A program made the translations under genes and the position numbers. From NCBI GenBank assembly GCA_022009755.1, contig CP091722.1:852772-916771 (forward strand): a DNA stretch of 64,000 bases. Reading direction: 5' to 3'. Origin of the DNA: Oscillospiraceae bacterium. GTDB taxonomy: Bacteria > Bacillota > Clostridia > Christensenellales > QALW01. Of this stretch, positions 1 to 11,567 are shown piece after piece; within the stretch, counting starts at the first letter, position 1; every line of letters starts with the position of its first letter. A model generated the notes under the pieces. It made no database searches and had not been told where the DNA came from. It was given only the letters and a program-made list of their open reading frames with translations.

Positions 1-122
1 GTCAATATATTTTTTCATAAAACGCATTCCTTCGCGCATTAATGACAGCTTAATTCTCACAGTATGCATTTGCACACTTTCTTGGGTGCACCCCCCCAAA
101 AAAATATGCCGCTGATATCCGA

Positions 123-151
123 TTGCACAATGGGCGGCAATAGTGTATAAT
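123..151 (+). promoter_or_regulatory. candidate sigma-A promoter upstream of rsmA
   Basis: TTGCAC (123-128), 17-nt spacer, TATAAT (146-151). Read directly from sequence, not validated. Confidence 0.35.
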
Positions 152-318
152 TCATAATGTGATTGCATCGGCATGCCGCTTATGTTCTGCGCATTTTTAC
201 GGTCATGGCGCAAAAGCGGCGCCGGCATCACGGGCAGGCGATTGCAAGCCGGCCTTCCCTTTGGAAATACATATTTTTCAACTGCATTCAGGCAGTTCAA
301 ACGGCAGTGAGGAGTATA

Positions 319-1191
319 ATGATAGAAAAACTTGACGGGCTTACCTTAAAAGGCCTGCTGCAAAAGCACGGATTCGGCTTTTCCAAAAGCCTTGGCCAAA
401 ATTTTCTCTGTGATGAGCGTATTTTATCGGCAATTGCCGATGATGCCGATATAAAAAAGGGCGACACCGTGCTGGAAATAGGGCCGGGCGCCGGCACCCT
501 TACCCGCGTTATGGCAAAACGCGGCGCCCGCGTTACTGCGGTGGAGATTGACAAAACCCTGCTGCCCGTACTTGCGGAAGCTCTGGAGGGCTTCAACGCC
601 GAGGTAATAAACGCCGATTTTCTCAAGCTCGATCTTGAGGAGCTGTATCATCAGCATCTCGCCCCCGGCTTCAAGCTGGTGGCAAACCTCCCCTATTACA
701 TCACAACTCCCATAATTATGCGCCTGCTGCAAAGCGGTCTGCCCTACGACAGCCTTACTGTCCTTGTGCAGCGCGAGGTAGCAAACAGAATGGCCGCCGC
801 GCCCGGTACGGCGGAATACGGCAGCCTCAGCTGCGCCGTGCAGTACTATTGCATACCGCATCTGCGCACCCGCTTGCCCGCCGCCTGTTTTTTCCCGCCG
901 CCCAAGGTGGAAAGCAGAGTAATAACCCTTTCGCGCCGCAGCGCGCCGGCAGTAAGCGTACATGATGAAAAGCTGTTTTTTGATGTCATGCACGCCGCCT
1001 TTGCCATGAGAAGAAAAACCTATGCCAACAATCTGATGCATGCCTTTTCCCTTTCACGCGAGGATGCTGAAAGGATTCTAAGTCAGTGCGGGCTTGATTT
1101 AAGCGTGCGCGGCGAAAAGCTTTCCCTTGATGCTTTTGCGCGCATTGCGGAGTTCATGTACTCTGAAAAAAACAAACAGCAAACCTTATAA
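319..1191 (+). CDS. rsmA: 16S rRNA (adenine1518/1519-N6)-dimethyltransferase RsmA/KsgA
   Basis: ORF 163-1191 trimmed to ATG 319, which has GGAG at 311-314. SAM motif LEIGPGAGTLT and KsgA-type body (SLGQNFLCDERIL, ANLPYYITTPI). Confidence 0.9.
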   Translation: MIEKLDGLTLKGLLQKHGFGFSKSLGQNFLCDERILSAIADDADIKKGDTVLEIGPGAGTLTRVMAKRGARVTAVEIDKTLLPVLAEALEGFNAEVINADFLKLDLEELYHQHLAPGFKLVANLPYYITTPIIMRLLQSGLPYDSLTVLVQREVANRMAAAPGTAEYGSLSCAVQYYCIPHLRTRLPAACFFPPPKVESRVITLSRRSAPAVSVHDEKLFFDVMHAAFAMRRKTYANNLMHAFSLSREDAERILSQCGLDLSVRGEKLSLDAFARIAEFMYSEKNKQQTL

Positions 1192-1233
1192 AATCGGTTT
1201 TATAAGCATATTAACCGTAACGGAGCGTGACCC

Positions 1234-2971
1234 ATGAAATTCAACGAGCAGCTAAACGCATATATATCTCAGATCTCCTGCACAGCCAAGGAATTATGTG
1301 CGCTCTCCGGCATTTCCCAGGCCACCCTCAGCCGATACAGAAACTGCGAGCGTATTCCCGAATCGGACAGCAGCGCCTTTGAAGAGTTATGCTCCGCCAT
1401 TGCCGAAATTGCGGCAGAAAGAAATACAGGGCATAACGGCGGCCTCCGTAAAGCAGTCATTCATTGAATGCGAGGATTTTATCTCCGCCGACAGAGAGAG
1501 CTTGCGCAAAAACTTCAACACACTTATTACGGCGCTTAATATAAATCTTACACGCCTGTGCCAGTATACCAACTACGATCCTTCCGCAATTTTCCGAATC
1601 CGCAGCGGCTCAAGAAACCCCGGCGACTGCGAACAGTTTGCCTCCGGAATTGCCGCCTTTACTGCAAGAGAGATGCAGACGCAGCCCGAAATTGCCGCCG
1701 TAGCCGAGCTTATCGGCTGCGATCCGGATGATATCCACGATATTTCTCCGCGGTATACCCTGCTTAAAAAAATTGGCTGCTCAGTCAATCGGGGCACGGC
1801 GCCGCAGACGGCAGTATATCAAAATTTCTTAACCGCCTTGATGAATTTGATCTTAACGAATATATAAACATAATCCGTTTCAACGAGCTCAAGGTTCCTT
1901 CCGTGCCCTTTCAGCTGCCGTCTGGCAAAACCTACAACGGCATATCGGAAATGATGGAAAGCGAGCTGGATTTTCTGAAGGCCACCGTACTTTCCAAATC
2001 CGACGAGGCCGTAATAATGTACAGCGATATGCCAATGAAGGAGATGGCCAAGAACGAGGACTTCGCAAAAAAATGGATGTTCGGCATGGCCATGATGCTG
2101 AAAGGGGCTGCATCTGTACCAGATACACAATATCGACCGCTCCTTTGACGAAATGATGCTGGGGCTTGAAAGCTGGATTCCGATGTATATGACCGGGCAG
2201 ATTTCCCCATACTATTTCAAAAACGCGCAGAACGGCATTTTTCTGCACCTTCTGAAGGTATCCGGCGCCGCCGCGCTTGCCGGGGAGGCAATTGCCGGGT
2301 ATCACTCCGACGGCAGATACTATCTTACCAAATCAAAGCGCGAGCTGGAATATTACCGCAAGCGTGCCGAGGAAATGCTTGCCGATGCATATCCGCTTAT
2401 GGATATCTACCGCAGCGAGCGGGAAAACGAATTCAACACCTTTCTGCTTTCCGATATGAAAAAGCCCGGTGCCCGGCGCTCTATCCTTTCCACGCTGCCG
2501 CTGTATACAATAAGCCCGGAGCTGCTTGCCGGCATTCTCACGCGGCGCGGCATCGATGCGGCGCAGCAGCTGGCAATAATCAAATACGCGGATGCATGCA
2601 GACAGCGCATTTTATCCGTTTTGAAAACAAACACCGTCACGGACGAAATACCCGTCCTTACCGCGGATAAGTTTGGCAAAAAGCCGCCCGTGCTTGAGCT
2701 GTCCGGAATGTTTGCGCAAAATAATATCACATACAGCTTTGAGGAATACGCCGCCCATCTTAAGCAAACCGAGCTTTTTGCAGACACGCACCCGAATTAT
2801 ATACTCAAGGAAAATTCGGCCTTTGCATTTTGCAATCTTCAGATTCTCATGCACGAAAAGCAGTTTGTCATCGTTTCCAAGGGCAATGCACCGGCTATCC
2901 ATTTTGTTATCCGTCACCCCAAGCTGCGCAGCGCAATAGAAAACTTTGTCCCGCCCATGAAGGAAGAATAG
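1234..2971 (+). CDS. XRE-type helix-turn-helix protein with large uncharacterised C-terminal region; three apparent frame breaks
   Basis: Collinear ORF pieces 1234-1467, 1298-1867, 1903-2148 and 2153-2971 in frames 1/2/1/2. N-terminal HTH (ELCALSGISQATLSRYRN) plus a second HTH-like segment. Breaks fall at a G-run near 1430, the A7 run 1766-1772 and a G-run near 2106. Confidence 0.55.
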
Positions 2972-3022
2972 TACAAATACCTGCCAAGCCGCAAAATTAA
3001 GCAAAGGAATAGTGAATATAAA

Positions 3023-3052
3023 AAGCCGCACAGTTCCGACTGTACGGCTTTT
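3023..3052 (+). terminator. intrinsic terminator after the HTH gene
   Basis: AAGCCGCACAGT / ACTGTACGGCTT stem (11 of 12 pairs), TCCG loop, then a T run. Confidence 0.6.
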
Positions 3053-3610
3053 GCAGCATAGGCTGCTATAAAAAGCGCATCGCGCATATTTTGCGCGCAA
3101 GACATATGGGGGGAACCGTATGCCTTGCACATAATATAAAGGAGTATCATGAAAAAACCGAGTTTAGGGGGAACTCGTTTTTCACGCTCATATTATACAA
3201 TGTATAAATCCATTTGTACAGCACTTTTTTTAAGTTTTTTTAATAATTTTTTTCGTCCTTTTGATAATGAATTTGTAATTATTTTTACCATTATGACCGT
3301 ACCAAAGCAACTTTTTCCATTGCAATCTTTTTATTCCCTGTGTATCTGTCTCAATCTCAATGCTTGAATAGGCACCCGGTACCCACCCGCAAGGCTGCAT
3401 TGCCGCCCGCTTGCTGCCCTCTCCCGTATGCAATACCCGTTATGAATCTATTATGAATCTGTACTGAAAATGAAGGAAATTACTGTTTTTCGATACAAAA
3501 TCACTATGCAAAACGCATTATATTTGATATACTGTTACGAAAAGAGGCATAAATACTGATATAAGCGCTGCTTTTAGTCAGCCCTTTATCGTTAAGGAAT
3601 GGTGATGAAT

Positions 3611-4569
3611 ATGAAGAAAATCGGTGTACTCACAAGCGGCGGTGACGCTCCGGGCATGAACGCCTGCATAAGAAGCGTTGTGCGTACCGCTATTTATCAC
3701 GGCATGACTCCGGTGGGAATAGAACGCGGCTACTGGGGGCTTATCGAAGATCAGATGTTCGATATGGATCTGCGCAGCGTGGGCGACATTATAAACCGCG
3801 GCGGCACCATGCTTAAAACCGCGCGCTGCCTTGAATTCAAAACCAAAGAGGGTCAGGCAACCGCTCTTGAAAACATCCGCAAGCACGGCATAGAGGGCAT
3901 TGTTGTTATAGGCGGCGACGGCTCCTTCCAGGGCGCTCAGGTGCTTACAAACTACGGCATACCGGCCATAGGTATTCCCGGCACCATAGATAACGACCTT
4001 GCTTATACCGATTATACCTTGGGCTTTGATACCGCGCTTAACACCATTCTTGAAGCAATACGCAAAATCCGCGACACCATGACCAGCCACGACCGCGTGA
4101 GCGTAGTGGAGGTAATGGGCAATAAATGCGGCGATTTGGCGCTGTATTCCGGGCTTGTGGGCGGCGCCGAGTGCATTCTTATTCCGGAAAGGGAATGGAA
4201 TATCGATGATGTCTGCGCCACCCTGCTCCGCGGCAAAGAACGCGGCAAAATGGCCTCCATCGTGCTGCTTGCCGAGGGCTGCGGCAGCGGTCATGAGCTG
4301 AGCAAAACCATAGAAGCACGCACCGGCATGCAGGCGCGTGCCACAGTGCTTGGTCATATCCAGCGCGGCGGCGCTCCTTCGGCGCGTGACACTCAGCTTG
4401 CCAGCATGTTCGGCTTCTACGCCGTAAATCTGCTTGATAAGGGCATTGGCGGTCAGGTCGTGGGAATTAAGGACGATCAGATATTCTCCATGGATATTCA
4501 CGCCGCGCTTAAAATAGAAAGGAGCCCAATTACAATCTTTACAACCTTGCAAATGTGCTCTCCATGTAA
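3611..4569 (+). CDS. pfkA: ATP-dependent 6-phosphofructokinase; frame break near the 3' end
   Basis: MKKIGVLTSGGDAPGMN, GGDGS and PGTIDND motifs. The last ~15 codons (EPNYNLYNLANVLSM stop 4567-4569) lie in another frame; break near 4515-4525. Confidence 0.9.
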
Positions 4570-4627
4570 TTTTTAATATGCGTCTTAAAATCGCATATTC
4601 AATATACAAACGCATCCAATATACAAA

Positions 4628-4659
4628 ACCGACAGTGCATAAAGGCACCGTCGGTTTTT
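4628..4659. terminator. bidirectional terminator between pfkA and the convergent lipoprotein gene
   Basis: ACCGACAGTGC / GCACCGTCGGT stem with one mismatch, flanked by an A run and a T5 run. Confidence 0.6.
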
Positions 4660-4769
4660 ATTATTATATTCAAAACTTCCCGGCATTTGCAAGCCGCAGC
4701 GCCGCTTTTACGGAATCCCCCGCGCAGCCCTTATCTTAAGGGTTCTGCTTTCTTTGCCCCGCCGAAAGC

Positions 4770-5767
4770 TCACCCCTGCGCTTGCAGCAGCTGCTCCGTC
4801 GTTTTTCCGTCCCACGAAACGCGTATCAGCCCGAAATAATCATCGGACCCTACAAGAAAATATATCCACTGCTCTCCGTAAAACGGATATGAGCAGCTTT
4901 GAAGCGCACCAAGCTCCGCTATACTCTTACCATCCTCAGCATTCACCAGGCGGAATCCGTTTTCGTTTACAATCCTGTAACAGCGGCCGTTATATGTGCT
5001 TATGCCCCATATTTCAAAGGGCAGACGCTCGCTCTCCCCACCCTGTATGGGGTATTTAACCGCGCCGCTGTTCTCCGCCGCGGCATACAGCACAAAATCC
5101 TGCGCTCCCACCAGCTCCTGCGGATAGCATTTAGAGCCGATTATTTTCACCTTTCCGCTGTCCGTATCCAAAATACATATATCGCCGTCCATGCCCAAGG
5201 CAACATTTCCGCCGCAAAACTGCGGAGAAACCAATTCTCCCTCGAAAAGCATACTGCTTGCTCCGTCCTTTACGCACAACAGCCGGTTGCCGCTTATGTA
5301 AAACACTCCGGCGGCGCCGCAGGCAGCAAAGCTTATCTCCCCCGCAGCAATCACCGCTGTTTCACCCGATGAAATATCAAACGAGCTCACCGCGTATTCC
5401 GAAGGCTCATAGTTTCCCGTGCGGAAACGCTTCTGTATATTATCTTCCCGTCGTAAAAACTCAGTTCACACGGTGTATCCGCAATTGCCGCAAGCCCGTA
5501 CTCCCCCGTTTTTGTGTTATAGAACTGTATGCTGTCCGATGCCGCAAAATATATAACCTCGTCCACCTGAATAAAGCGTCCGCGCACCGGATCGATAACC
5601 GTACCCTGCTGAATAAACGGAGTGGTTACATCATGAGTTATGTTTTCTGTTGCCCCTCCCGGAGTGCAGGCACACAGCAGCAGCACATAGCATATAAACA
5701 GTACCGCTGCTGCAAGCCCCGTGGTTTTATCTTTTCTTTTTTGTATATTCCTGCGAAAAAACCGCAT
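4770..5767 (-). CDS. probable lipoprotein, uncharacterised; one frame break
   Basis: Pieces 5387-5767 and 4770-5390. N-terminal signal peptide with lipobox-like LLLCAC. The body is beta-strand-rich. No family assigned. Confidence 0.5.
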
Positions 5768-7173
5768 ATTTTTTCATATCCACCTTTCCGTTTGGCAAAA
5801 AGCCCACTCCCTCCGCTTCAAGAAGAGCCCTCTGCTCATTTTCACCGCCGAACGCAAAGGCCCGGCTCAATGAACCGTTCGCAAACACCACTCTGTGACA
5901 TTTTATTCTTTCGGGATCGGGATTTACATGCAGGGCATATCCCACAATACGCGACATACGAGAATTTCCCGCAAGCGCCGCTATAACCCCGTACGAGGCC
6001 ACACAGCCCTTCGGTATAAGCTCTACGGCGCGATATATTCTTTCAAATGTATTCATTTGCTGCCCATGCGCATCCGCTTTCGGAATATTCTCGGTGCCGC
6101 CCTTACCGCCTGCGCATTCACCGCTCTCTTCCTCTGCGGCGCTTATACCGTCATATGCTTTATGCCTTTCATCCCAAAATTCCTTTTTCACATCGCGCAA
6201 AAACAGCGCCCCAATAGCCTGTTCAAGGTCGGCAGACTCAAACAGTACCTCATACAGCGCCGAGCATATGGGCATTTCCACTCCTGTTTTATCGCTTAAC
6301 ACCTTTATTGCGCGGCAGGTCGCCACACCCTCCGCCAAAGCCGCATATTTTTCGCCCTTGGCAAGGCTTTCGCCGTAGGCGCGGTTATGGCTGAACGGCG
6401 AAAACAGCGTGGCCTCATAATCCCCCAAATGCGCAAGCCCGTAGGCGGTTATCTCCCTTCCGCCCATAGCGGCAATAAGCCTTCCGACCTCACGCGCGCC
6501 CCTTGACATAAGCGCCCCCTTCAGCGCCGTCATTCCCATACCGTCAAGCACTCCGGCCGCTATGCCGATAACATTTTTTGCAGCAGCCCCGATCTCGTTG
6601 CCTATAAGGTCATCGCCCCGGTAAAAGCGTATAAGCCGGCTTCCGAGCTCCTCCGTCATGCGGCAGGTAAGGTTGAAATCCGCCGAATCAATAACCATGC
6701 AATTGGGCTTGCCCGCAAGAAAATCCTGCACATGACCCGGCCCCACCCATACCGCTATATCCTGTTTGCGAGCCCAATTCCTTTGATGCAATACTGCTGA
6801 GCCTTTCCCCCGTGCTTTCCTCCAGCCCCTTCATGCAAAGCAGCAATACACTGCCCTCAGGCAAACCGGCCTCCGCTATATTTTTCATAAGGCTTCGCAG
6901 ATGCTGCGCCGATATGGATATAAAAATTTCATTTGAAAACCGCAGCGCCTGCCTCAGATCCGAAGTAAAGCTTACACCCTCGCCGAACCGAACATAGCCG
7001 TTTCCGCGTTCGCGGCAAAACCTCTGAAAATTTTCAGAATCTCCGCGCCCGTATATCATCACCTCACGCCCGATGCTTCGCAGATACCACGCTATAAACG
7101 AGCCCCATCTTCCCGAACCTATAACCGTTGCGCGTCCGTCGCTTGCAATTCCGCTGTCCTTCTTAACTGTCAT
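5727..7173 (-). CDS. GpsA-family NAD(P)H-dependent glycerol-3-phosphate dehydrogenase paralogue, reading in frame into an MGMT/Ogt-like domain; one frame break
   Basis: ATG 7173. Rossmann start VIGSGRWGSF and GpsA body (EIGAAAKNVIGIAAGVLDG, GLAHLGDYEATLFSPFSHNR). Break near 6757 in an A run. The last 110 aa (from ATG 6056) are MGMT-like with KCHRVV. No stop separates the two parts. Confidence 0.6.
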
Positions 7174-7250
7174 TTTTTGCCCCCGAAAATCATAAGCACC
7201 GCCCCTGCGCACCGCTTTATATAAATTTGCGCAAAAGCCTCGCACATTTT

Positions 7251-9397
7251 TTATTCTCCCGCACACGCCTCTTGCGCACGCCGGCTTACGGCATAAATAT
7301 AAACGCCGTCCCTGCTGTAAACAAGCGGATATTTATCCTTAAGGCAGGCTGCATCCGTTCTGTATGCCGATACCTCCTGCGGACTTATATAAATATAATC
7401 CACATTGTACCTTTGCAGCATTTCCTCCGCGTTTTCAAGGTCGGAATACATCGTTTTCACATCTGCCTCCCTGCCCTGATAATCCACACCGTGATAGTAA
7501 AGAAATGTCCCCGCCCCGCACACTATGTTTCTTCCCGTAAGCGAAGAAACCGCGTTGTTGTGCTGCGTTCCTGTAAGAATCACGGAATCGGCAGGGGTGT
7601 TTTTTTCAATAAACTCCGCCGCCTGCACCTGTTCCTTTGCATACAGCTGATAATCCGACACCACCTCGCGCCCCAAAGTGAGCACCGCGGAAAAACGCAC
7701 AGAAACACCGTCGCCGCCGCAATCACCCTGCGCCCGCCGATATTCTTTTCCCTCAGCAGACGGTATATATCCACCATGTATCCCGCAGCCAGACAGGCCG
7801 CTATGGCGTAGGCCACATACAGCAGCTTGTTGTTGTCGTATACATTTGGCTGAAACACCACAAACTCGCATATAAACAGTATCAGCAATGACGGCGCAGC
7901 CACCGGAAATTCCTTTTTGTAATGCAGAAAAGCCGGTATTGCAAGCAGCGCCACAATCCCGACATTTTTTATGTAAAACCACACATAGCTGTCATTGAGA
8001 TTGCCCCAATTGAAATGCCCTCTGAGCATGGTGCCCCTTCCCACCTGCGCAAAGGTCCATGTTATAAGCTGCGGAAGCGAAAGCGCCAGCACAATGGCAA
8101 GATATATAAGCCATGTACGGGCAAATTCCTTAAAATATCCTCCCGCAAAACACCGCGCAAGCAGGACAACGCCCGCCGCAAACAGCCCCGCCACAAGCCC
8201 GAGAGCCGGGAAGGCAATAGCTGCGGAATCGGGCACCGCTCCTCTGAAGGCGCAAATTATCATGGGCACAAAGCCCGCAGCCGTTCCCGCCGCCGCCATT
8301 GCGTACGCCGCTTTTACCGTTTTTATGCCGTTTTGCATATGCATTGCTCTTTTTGTAAGCTCCGCAAGCAGCCAGCAGGCGCTTATAAGCGCAACGGCCA
8401 AAAAGGAATGGGTATGCACCATCGGCATCCCCCCCGCCAATACTCCGGCGGGAATAAAGTATTCCCTTCTGTTTTCAAACACCGCCTTATAAAGCACCGT
8501 AAGAGTGGGAAACAGCAGCGCCCAGCCGAAAAGCGTCGCCCTTTGCGGCAGCAGCATATCGGCTATTACATTCACCCACCGTATGTTTCCCTCCGCGGTA
8601 AGATTTGTGGGCGTCTGATAAAACTCACTGAATATACGAAGGAAATTCTGCGGCTCGGTGCGCCATCTGTCCATAAAATAGATAAATCCGAAGCCGCCGC
8701 ATAAGAAGAACAGTGTCCATGCAAGAGTCGCCTTGGATTTGTCCTTAAGCCAGCTGAAGGCAAAATAATAAACGCCGGCCATGACTGTTGCCATGGCAAG
8801 CAGCATGGGCGCAATATAAGCAAAACGCAGCGAGCAGCCGAATATATACAGACTGGAGGAAATACTGTCGCACAAAAACGGATAGCACAGCTTTGTTCCG
8901 GGCAGTATGGAATATTCCGGAGGAAACGCACCCTGACGCGCAATGCTTGTAATAAAGCCCAAATGCATATTCATATCGCCGTAGGTGCATTGCCCGGTAT
9001 GCATGGAGCCGTCCCCGAAAAGCGGCACGGTATGGCTCATCAACGCCGCCGTGAACACCGCAAAAACGCCGAATGCCAAAACAAGCATCAAAACATCGCC
9101 TTTATGCGGGCGTTTTATGCACAAAGCCGGACGGTTATGCAGAAGCAGCCCCGCACCGGCCGTCAGCAATGCAAGCAGCAAAAACGCCGCAAAGTGCGAC
9201 CACAGCCCGAAGCCCATAAAAAACGAAAACAGCGCAGGAAGCCATTGCAGCAGAATAAGCCCCGCCGCGCCCCCCATCATAAGCCTAAAGGGCGCCGTTT
9301 CCCTGTAAAACACCCGCCCGGCTATAAATATTCCTCCCGCAGCAAAAGCGGCAAGATACAGCGCCGCAAGCAGCGTTCCCCAAAAGCTACCGTACAT
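7251..9397 (-). CDS. large polytopic membrane protein with C-terminal soluble domain (GT-C / ArnT-PMT-like architecture, tentative); one frame break
   Basis: Pieces 7580-9397 and 7251-7982, break near 7705. At least 12 hydrophobic helices followed by a ~150-aa soluble tail. Family assignment is from architecture only. Confidence 0.5.
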
Positions 9398-9592
9398 TTT
9401 TATCCTTTCTCACCAAACCGCATGCCAGCAAGCGGCACGGCGGAACACGCAAAATCACAATACCGAATATAAATTACGGCATAAATTATACCATGGATAC
9501 GGATATACTTCAAGTGCTAAGTTGACGCTCCGAAAAACAGAAGCAGCCGGACATTTTTGATAGCACCCGCATCATATGTCCGGCTTTACGCT

Positions 9593-10447
9593 TTATTGCC
9601 TGCGCATTCCGATAAGCCTGCGCCCCACCGCAGCGGCAAATTGCAGTGCCTGGGGCAGCAGCTCCTTTTCAAACCTGCCCAAATACCCTATCAGCTCAAA
9701 ATTAAATGCGCCGCTGTATTCCGTTTCATCAAGCGCACTCATGATATCCTCCCATTCAAACGGCACAAGACGGGGCAGCATATGCATATCCCGCTTTCCG
9801 TCATTGCAGTGCATATGCACGCAGCCCACCCGCCTGCCCGCGCTTCTTATAAAGTCTCCGGGGCGGTTGCCTGTAAGGCGCGCATGTCCCACATCCACGC
9901 ATCCCGTAAAGCACTCAGGGTCCAGCATATCTATCATTTTGCAATAGGATTGCGCAGTGCCGAATTTCACCCCGGTTACCGTTCCGTCGGCATAATACTC
10001 AAACAGGTTTTCCACTGCCGCTTTTATGCCGAACCTTCTGCAATAAGGCTCCAGAGCATTGTAAAAACGCGCGTTATAATCAAACACATCAACATAGCCC
10101 GGTACATCTATGCCGTGCACCGCAATTACCGGCACGCCCAGCCACGATGCATGCTCCATCGCGCGCACTATACTGTAAAACTCCCGTTCGTTTTCCGACA
10201 TTTCCATTCCGTAGAGAAAATGAAAGGGCGCATGCGCCTGAATAAAGCGCACCCCGTTTTTCTCCGCGCACAGCCGCAGCCTTTCCGCCCTGCCTGCCGC
10301 CCCCGGGGCCAAAATTGCCTCGTCCCAGTCAAACATATCGTTAAAGGAATAATCAATGCCGTCAAACCCGGCACGCGCTATCGTCTCCACCGCGCCCTCA
10401 TCGCCGAAGGCACGCCTTGTATGCCAGTTTTCCACCGATAAAAGCAT
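9593..10447 (-). CDS. sugar phosphate isomerase/epimerase (xylose-isomerase-like TIM barrel)
   Basis: 284-aa ORF starting at ATG 10447. Typical AP-endonuclease-2 / TIM-barrel pattern (GFDGIDYSF, IQAHAPF, VIAVHGI, ENLFE). Confidence 0.7.
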   Translation of the reverse strand: MLLSVENWHTRRAFGDEGAVETIARAGFDGIDYSFNDMFDWDEAILAPGAAGRAERLRLCAEKNGVRFIQAHAPFHFLYGMEMSENEREFYSIVRAMEHASWLGVPVIAVHGIDVPGYVDVFDYNARFYNALEPYCRRFGIKAAVENLFEYYADGTVTGVKFGTAQSYCKMIDMLDPECFTGCVDVGHARLTGNRPGDFIRSAGRRVGCVHMHCNDGKRDMHMLPRLVPFEWEDIMSALDETEYSGAFNFELIGYLGRFEKELLPQALQFAAAVGRRLIGMRRQ

Positions 10448-10478
10448 ATGTTATCTCCTTTGCTTCGCAAAAGCCGAT

Positions 10479-11471
10479 TTATTTTTTCTTCTTTTCATTT
10501 TCGCAGCCGTAGCTGTGGTCATTTCCGTAATACCATCTTCCGTAGCGGTATCCGTAGTGCGGAGCACTGTCATGGCAGGATGAACCGTCCTCCTTCTTTG
10601 ACGAACCCAGAAAAATACCCAGTAAGCCAAGCAGACAGCCCCCTCCGAACTCATGAACCGTTTCTTTGCCTTCTCGGCCGCTGGCCGTATCCTCAAAAAT
10701 GCCGTTGGAAAAGCAGACGCCGCTGTCCTCCAGCTCTTCCCGCTGCGCATTGGTGAATTGTCCCTTTGTGTTTTTTACAGCCTTTGAAAGCGCGCCGTCA
10801 TCCACAATATCAATAAGCCCCGTAACCTGCTCGGGCGTAAACGGCTCTTTTGCCCTCATAACCGCTTTGGTCAGTGCTTCTTGACTCACATAATCCGTAA
10901 GCTCCGTAATCTGCTCCGGCGCAAACGGCTCCTTTGACTCCGTCACCGCCCGAGAGAGAGTTTCTTCATCCAGCGCATACATTAACGCCAAAATCTGTCC
11001 CGGTGAAAGCCGTGGCTCCGCTGCCGCCATGGCTTTTGCCAGCTTTCCGTCCGACATATCTCTGTCATCTATACTGCTCATCTCTTCCGGCGTCAGGCCG
11101 CCCCGTTTGTCCTTAATCAGCTTTTCCAGCACATCTTCATCAAAATAATCCGAAAGAGTAACTATTTGGCTTCCGGTAAGCGGCTCACGCACCGTCGCAA
11201 GAGCATACTTTAATGTATCCTCCTCAATATCGGCCCCGGCCATTTCAATAACATCCTCTGCCGCAAAGCGCACTCCGTTTCCCACTGCGCGCGTGATAAG
11301 CCGTTTCGCAGCTGCCGGCCCCCCGTCGCCGGCTTCTGCCAGCTCTGCGGCTATTTCTGCGGTCTGCGCGCCGCTGCCGTAGCTGTCCAGACGCGCAAGA
11401 TAGCGTATCTGTGTGCCGGAGCTCCATTCATAAAAGCCATCGTAATATTGCTCCCACGACATTCCCGCCAT
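10479..11471 (-). CDS. uncharacterised repeat protein with C-terminal hydrophobic anchor and Tyr/Gly-rich tail
   Basis: ATG 11471 with GGGGGA 7 nt upstream. About seven ~29-aa repeats (e.g. PFAPEQITELTDYVSQEALTKAVMRAKE / PFTPEQVTGLIDIVDDGALSKAVKNTKG), then GGGCLLGLLGIFLG, then HYGYRYGRWYYGNDHSYGC. Confidence 0.5.
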   Translation of the reverse strand: MAGMSWEQYYDGFYEWSSGTQIRYLARLDSYGSGAQTAEIAAELAEAGDGGPAAAKRLITRAVGNGVRFAAEDVIEMAGADIEEDTLKYALATVREPLTGSQIVTLSDYFDEDVLEKLIKDKRGGLTPEEMSSIDDRDMSDGKLAKAMAAAEPRLSPGQILALMYALDEETLSRAVTESKEPFAPEQITELTDYVSQEALTKAVMRAKEPFTPEQVTGLIDIVDDGALSKAVKNTKGQFTNAQREELEDSGVCFSNGIFEDTASGREGKETVHEFGGGCLLGLLGIFLGSSKKEDGSSCHDSAPHYGYRYGRWYYGNDHSYGCENEKKKK

Positions 11472-11567
11472 TTGATTTTCCCCCTTGAGTTTTTTGCCGT
11501 TTGCCGCCCTTATACCTGTGCCGCGCTCATCATGCGCAAAATACGCGTTCTTTCCCTTCTGTGCACA

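Noticed and set aside
3149-3367. 72-aa ORF in the pfkA upstream region.
   Set aside because: It runs through a terminator-like hairpin and T-run blocks. The translation is Phe/Ile/Leu-rich low complexity, and it has no RBS.
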